From Oopsacas minuta (Eukaryota; Animalia; Porifera): 11,408 nucleotides of DNA. The position numbers and the translations under genes are program-made. This document shows, piece by piece, positions 7,493 to 11,408 of this stretch. The stretch covers positions 1 through 11,408 of the forward strand of contig JAKMXF010000118.1 in NCBI GenBank assembly GCA_024704765.1, in the 5' to 3' direction. The notes beneath the pieces are model-generated. The model saw only the letters and a program-made list of their open reading frames with translations. It ran no database searches and was not told where the DNA came from. The stretch's first letter is position 1. Every line of letters begins with the position of its first letter.

Positions 7493-7766
7493 CTAAAAGA
7501 TGTGAAAATTAATCCATGACAATTTACAAACCTTGATATTATAGAGGAATTAATTACTAATTCAAATATGAAGACAACTTATATATTATCGAAACTCAAG
7601 GGAGCACGAAATTTAAATAAACAGGTGTAAATTAACTGTAATGGGTAGCTAAGGACCTGGTTTACCTTCAATAATTCAATGTTCGTAGAAAAAATAGTAT
7701 AAAGTATTTTCCTGTAATATAAATTTTGTGGTTTAGGATCCGTGACTTACAAAACTACACAACAGG

Positions 7767-8119
7767 CAGTGTTACGTTTTTTGCGGCGGCGGTCGGTTAG
7801 GACCGAAGACCCGTAGGTTTGAGCCGAAGGCTAGTAAGTTTGGACTGAAATTTAGGAAGGTTTTTGGTCGAGACTGGTAGGTTTTCTTGTGTGCTCTGGG
7901 CACATTCCCAATTCAGTTTAACTATGTGAAATTCTTGTAGATGTGTGCAACCTCTTTATACATTTCAATTCAATTAGGCCAACAGTGTATTTATAGAACT
8001 AAACTATCTAACATATAAGCAAGTATTGGGTAACAGGAGCAAAACATGAGTAGGTTTTAGGGCTTGCAAACACTTGGAGGAGCAGGTTTCAGACATTGCC
8101 AAGAAAAAACGTAACACTG
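7767..8119. mobile_element. Non-autonomous hAT-like element, 353 bp, in TIM44 intron 1
   Basis: Perfect 16-bp TIRs CAGTGTTACGTTTTTT (7767-7782) and AAAAAACGTAACACTG (8104-8119). Flanks share CAACAGG (7760-7766 and 8123-8129), offset by 3 nt on the right. Confidence 0.8.
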
Positions 8120-8241
8120 AGTCAACAGGGTACCCAACTGTCCGACGAATTATTCGTGTTTGGTATTTATGTGAGTACGCAAACCAGAAAATTCGATAAC
8201 GAAATTCCAGATATTTCAAAATAATAATAGCTTGTTTCTTA

Positions 8242-8262
8242 CAATAGACCTCTTAATACGAA
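8242..8262 (+). mobile_element. Solo degenerate TIR of the 5385-5508 MITE family
   Basis: TA|CAATAGACCTCTTAATACGAA versus TA|CAGTTGACCTCGTTAATACGAA. Confidence 0.5.
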
Positions 8263-8454
8263 TAGAGACTAAAGGTTATACAACCTTTGGAAAATGTCAA
8301 AAAGACTTAATTGCATCCATTTCACCTTTTTACGTTCTAAAATTAGACATTTTCCCGACCGTATTTGGTTAAATACACCAGTTGTATATCACTATTTGCG
8401 TATAGATATGAGGGCCAATGTCCTACATATGGCCAGGTATAATATCGGAGGTAC

Positions 8455-8495
8455 GGCTTCGCCGGACCACTTTTTGAAACGATGCTCCGCCACTG
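8455..8495. mobile_element. Possible orphan hAT right end
   Basis: A GC-rich patch ends in TCCGCCACTG, the reverse complement of the common hAT start CAGTGGCGGA. No left end was found. Confidence 0.35.
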
Positions 8496-8703
8496 GAGGG
8501 AATAGTGCTAGTATACTAATAATCCAGCTGATAATCTGAGCAGCCTACATAAAGATAATAGTAAACCCTTCAATAATCGATAACTATAACAGGAATACAC
8601 TTTAGGGTCTATACTTAAAAGTTTGATATTGTCAGGAAATAATTATGAATAACAGTTGACTTGATAATATTCTTATAATTAATTATCTAAAACAATTTCA
8701 AAC

Positions 8704-9129
8704 CTCAGCAGATGCTGTTCTCACAAATTCAGATTTGTCCCCTACAAACTTCGATCCAGATTTATAAGATTTATCAGCGAATTCCTTTGTCGACTTGAGT
8801 TGTTCCTGCATGGTTAATAATACTTTGGATTGTTTTAACTTTGCAGTCTCTTCTTCAAGCCCTTTTAAGTTAGTTTGGAACTCTTTTGTTTCAAAACCTT
8901 CCTTCAAATTATCCATAAATCTTCGAATAAAGGATTGTCTTTTTGGAGGTCCTTTGAAATAATTCTCTTCTTCTGAATAGTAACGGAATTGGTGAATAGG
9001 AATTTGCCGTAAATATAGCATATTTTGTGGATGTAGTGTAAATGGTTTGTATTGTGAGTAGTAAAGTTTAGTTTGGGAAAATATTAATAAATGTTTGGTA
9101 AATAGAAGTGATTGTTTCGCGGCTTTCAT
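8704..9129 (-). CDS. TIMM44: TIM44 exon 1 (mitochondrial presequence and N-terminal region)
   Basis: First ATG at 9129 (the ORF track starts at TTG 9135). The first ~54 residues are basic and hydroxylated with no acidic residue up to FRYYS, consistent with a presequence. This is followed by SFIRRFMDNLKEGF..KEFQTNLKGLEEE. Donor GAG|GTTTGA at 8703, phase 0. Confidence 0.9.
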
Positions 9130-9844
9130 TTTCAATATTGCTAGAAATTTATAATGTAAATATTAGTGATTAATTATTAATAATGGAGCATAACAGCTAT
9201 ATCAAGTATATAAGCTGTAAGTGCAGTTTTACATAAGCTTAGAATTAGCCAAATAAAAGGCAAAATAGTTATAATTATATAACTATAACTATAGACCTAT
9301 AGTTATCGTAAAAACTATAAATGAACATTCATAATCATAAATGTCTTTTATTTGACAAATGAGGAGATGGTCACCCTGTTTCTGACTTCAATCCATGGAA
9401 ACTCTAACTAAAAGATTATGCAGGAGTTACTTAAGGCGCTGCACAAACTTTGGTGAATTGATAGGAAGTTGACTGATTTATTTAGTATAAGTTGTGCTGA
9501 AAACCCTCTATGGAGATTAGTATTACAAAATATGGAATGTGTATTGTGGCATGATGAGCTGTAATTGAGATTAACTATTGAATTTGTGATAAACCCCAAC
9601 CAAGATTAAGGCAATCAACAAATCTCAGCTGAATCAGAGATTCTCATTTTCAAGGTAAATAATAGTTGTTCTTATGACACCTTTCGAGGCACGAAGTGCA
9701 AAGCAACATGCAAAAACAGAATGTTCGCAAGAAGCGCGAGTAAGCGAAGCGGCTCGTGTTTATAAAAACCTAAATACTAGTAACTGAGCTAAAGTCTGCA
9801 AAAGTGAAAATAAGGGGGGAATGGATATCTCGAGCATCACAATG

Positions 9845-10138
9845 TTAAAATCTCCTGACAACACACTTTTTGTAAAATAAGATTATAGCTATAACAAACA
9901 ATAGAATTATCAAGCAGAATAGTTGAGGATCAGAACCAAGAATTCTACCTTCACTTTCTCCTTCAATTATTGGCAATTTAACTCTTTCGTGATGGACTTT
10001 AGTGTTCGTAGCCACCTGTTTTACAATATCCCATTCAAGTCCTTTCTTGTATGCATCAATGTATCTACACATTCTACAGTTAAACGGATCAGTCCACAGA
10101 ACTCGAAATCTATCATCAAATTCCTTATCAAACGGTTT
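9845..10138 (-). CDS. 3' end (97 aa) of a C-terminally membrane-anchored protein, paralog B; possibly GT10-like
   Basis: First 43 codons encode the same peptide as paralog A, followed by a diverged but alignable linker and TM (LFCLIILLFVIAIILFY-KKCVVRRF-stop). Truncated by the N at 10139. Confidence 0.65.
   Translation of the reverse strand, partial: KPFDKEFDDRFRVLWTDPFNCRMCRYIDAYKKGLEWDIVKQVATNTKVHHERVKLPIIEGESEGRILGSDPQLFCLIILLFVIAIILFYKKCVVRRF
10009..10138. repeat. 130-bp direct repeat, copy 2
   Basis: 129/130 identical to 2665-2794. Confidence 0.97.
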
Positions 10139-10139
10139 N
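10139..10139. other. Single N behaving as an unsized assembly gap or junction
   Basis: Falls at the same homologous base as N2795. The coding frame upstream of it (minus strand) closes within about 14 codons and has no similarity to the other flank. Confidence 0.8.
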
Positions 10140-10608
10140 TTTATGAAATTAGTTCTCAAACGTATCAGCAGTTGTTCTAATTAGCTTTTTGGTATTAATT
10201 CCATTCCTTAGTAAGGATTATTGGAAAAGAGGGCTGATATTTGAGGGAATAGGATTTCCCACCAAAAGGCCAGAGCCAGTCAGCTATCATGCCCAAATCA
10301 GTACATAATGATATTAAATTCATATGGTGATGAGTATTAAATTATTGGTTGAAATATTGACAGAGGCATCTTGGAGCTTGAGGTCCAGGCCAACAGGCCT
10401 TCCGCCCCACTCATTGGGGCTGTTACCACCCAAAAACGATATCAACATATGAAGCAAAGCATAATAAGAATACAAAGAGCATAAAACACAATACACATAC
10501 TAGTTCCGTAGAAAATTGAATTATCACAGAAGTAATCTGAGATAACTATACAACAGGATAGATAGGTTTGTCACAAGAAATAGCTACAAAGAGAAAGTTA
10601 AGGAGTTA

Positions 10609-11406
10609 CTAGAATATCTGTATAGCATGATTAGGATTATCAGATGATACTAGAAGCCTCCCTTCCTGGTTAATACATACTCCTCTCGGTTGGATAAACT
10701 CTCCTCTCTCTTGTCCTCCCTTCCCTATCTTGTGTATTAATTCCCCTTCATGTGAAAACACACATACACAATGAGCACCATAGTCAGTAATAACAATATT
10801 ACCAGATTCATCCACGAATAAACGAGCTGGATTTATTACTAGTTTCCCTACTTCTTTAGAAACCATATGACGAATTGATTCATGAGCATAATTATAAATA
10901 ATCAAGCAAGGATCACAATAACACAGAATAACAACCTCACTAGAAGTTAGCTTAACATCTCTAGCACCATAAATATCAAGAATGAAAAAATTAAATGACA
11001 GATCTAAGTTCAAGCATTGAACTCGGTGATTACGTAATTCCGCAATATAAATGCTATTCTTATCAATAGAGATATCTATGCCTGATGGACCGTCAAATTC
11101 TAATTCATTCTTTCCTTCAACACCGACAGAATGCAATAATTTCCCTCTCATAGAATACACGTTCATACAACAGCTACGATACTGTGTTACATATACCTTG
11201 TGTTGTGCTATACATACATCAGCTGGGCCATCCATCTTGTGATCGAATAAGAATACAAAATCATAAGAACTATGAAATACCTGTACTCTATTCCATCCAT
11301 AATCACATATGTAGATATAGTTAGTCAGAGGATCTATAGCTATACTACCAGGAGAATAAAACACACCAGATGATTTGTCCTTTTTACTATGTCTCCCAAA
11401 CACCTC
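10609..11406 (-). CDS. NHL-repeat six-bladed beta-propeller (TRIM2/3/71 or nhl-1-like C-terminus), 5'-partial
   Basis: Six blade motifs: FYSPGSIAID, MDGPADVCI, FDGPSGIDI, IYGARDVKL, VINPARLFVD, FIQPRGVCIN, with NRVQVF and HRVQCL-type strands. Stop TAG at 10609-10611. The frame stays open to the window edge, so the GTG at 11403 is probably not the start. Confidence 0.92.
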   Translation of the reverse strand, partial: EVFGRHSKKDKSSGVFYSPGSIAIDPLTNYIYICDYGWNRVQVFHSSYDFVFLFDHKMDGPADVCIAQHKVYVTQYRSCCMNVYSMRGKLLHSVGVEGKNELEFDGPSGIDISIDKNSIYIAELRNHRVQCLNLDLSFNFFILDIYGARDVKLTSSEVVILCYCDPCLIIYNYAHESIRHMVSKEVGKLVINPARLFVDESGNIVITDYGAHCVCVFSHEGELIHKIGKGGQERGEFIQPRGVCINQEGRLLVSSDNPNHAIQIF

Positions 11407-11408
11407 TA

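Noticed and set aside
9680-9770. GC-rich GCGCGAGTAAGCGAAGCGG patch resembling Helentron-associated elements
   Set aside because: No termini or hairpin could be defined. It could equally be part of the TIM44 promoter.
10345-10430. Two small GC hairpins (GGCC, GCCCCA/TGGGGC) as a ribozyme, terminator or Helitron end
   Set aside because: The stems are only 5-6 bp, with no pseudoknot, U-tract or CTRR terminus.
454-11242. Remaining short ORFs (454-642, 2184-2372, 2591-2815, 2598-2804, 3378-3569, 4139-4327, 5258-5440, 6135-6338, 7131-7313, 8004-8219, 8294-8539, 9408-9599, 9923-10180, 10002-10184, 11051-11242)
   Set aside because: They are antisense shadows of real CDS or lie in transposon or intron sequence. 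Most have non-ATG starts and no recognisable motif.
1-11408. CRISPR arrays, operons, tRNA/rRNA or viral genes
   Set aside because: No regularly spaced repeats, cloverleaf structures or prokaryotic gene organisation. The genes have spliceosomal introns.

Overview
AT-rich eukaryotic (animal) genomic DNA with GT-AG introns. No prokaryotic features, CRISPR arrays or RNA genes were found. The style of the NHL-propeller gene suggests a sponge, but that is a guess. Contents in order: a small hAT MITE with a perfect 8-bp TSD (238-339); a dead Chapaev-type (CMC) DNA transposon (429-2436); the 3' end of a gene for a C-terminally membrane-anchored protein, possibly GT10 fucosyltransferase-like (2495-2794), cut by an N; a 5'-truncated, stop-containing, intron-bearing CEP57 fragment that the ORF track hides (2796-3656); an orphan 98-aa membrane ORF (4021-4317); a 72-nt near-perfect hairpin (4469-4540); a complete 4-exon TIM44 gene on the minus strand (4927-9129, 458 aa) with MITE-filled introns; a second paralogous membrane-anchored gene end (9845-10138), cut by an N at the same homologous base; and an NHL beta-propeller CDS running off the right edge. 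Both Ns behave as unsized gaps, so ORFs crossing them are chimeras. I see no demonstrable new biological system. The best leads are the paralog pair with an abrupt change from 99% identity to strong divergence, the CEP57 fragment next to a possible transposon end, and a MITE that may supply the branch point of a TIM44 intron. All homology calls rest on remembered family motifs, not on database searches.
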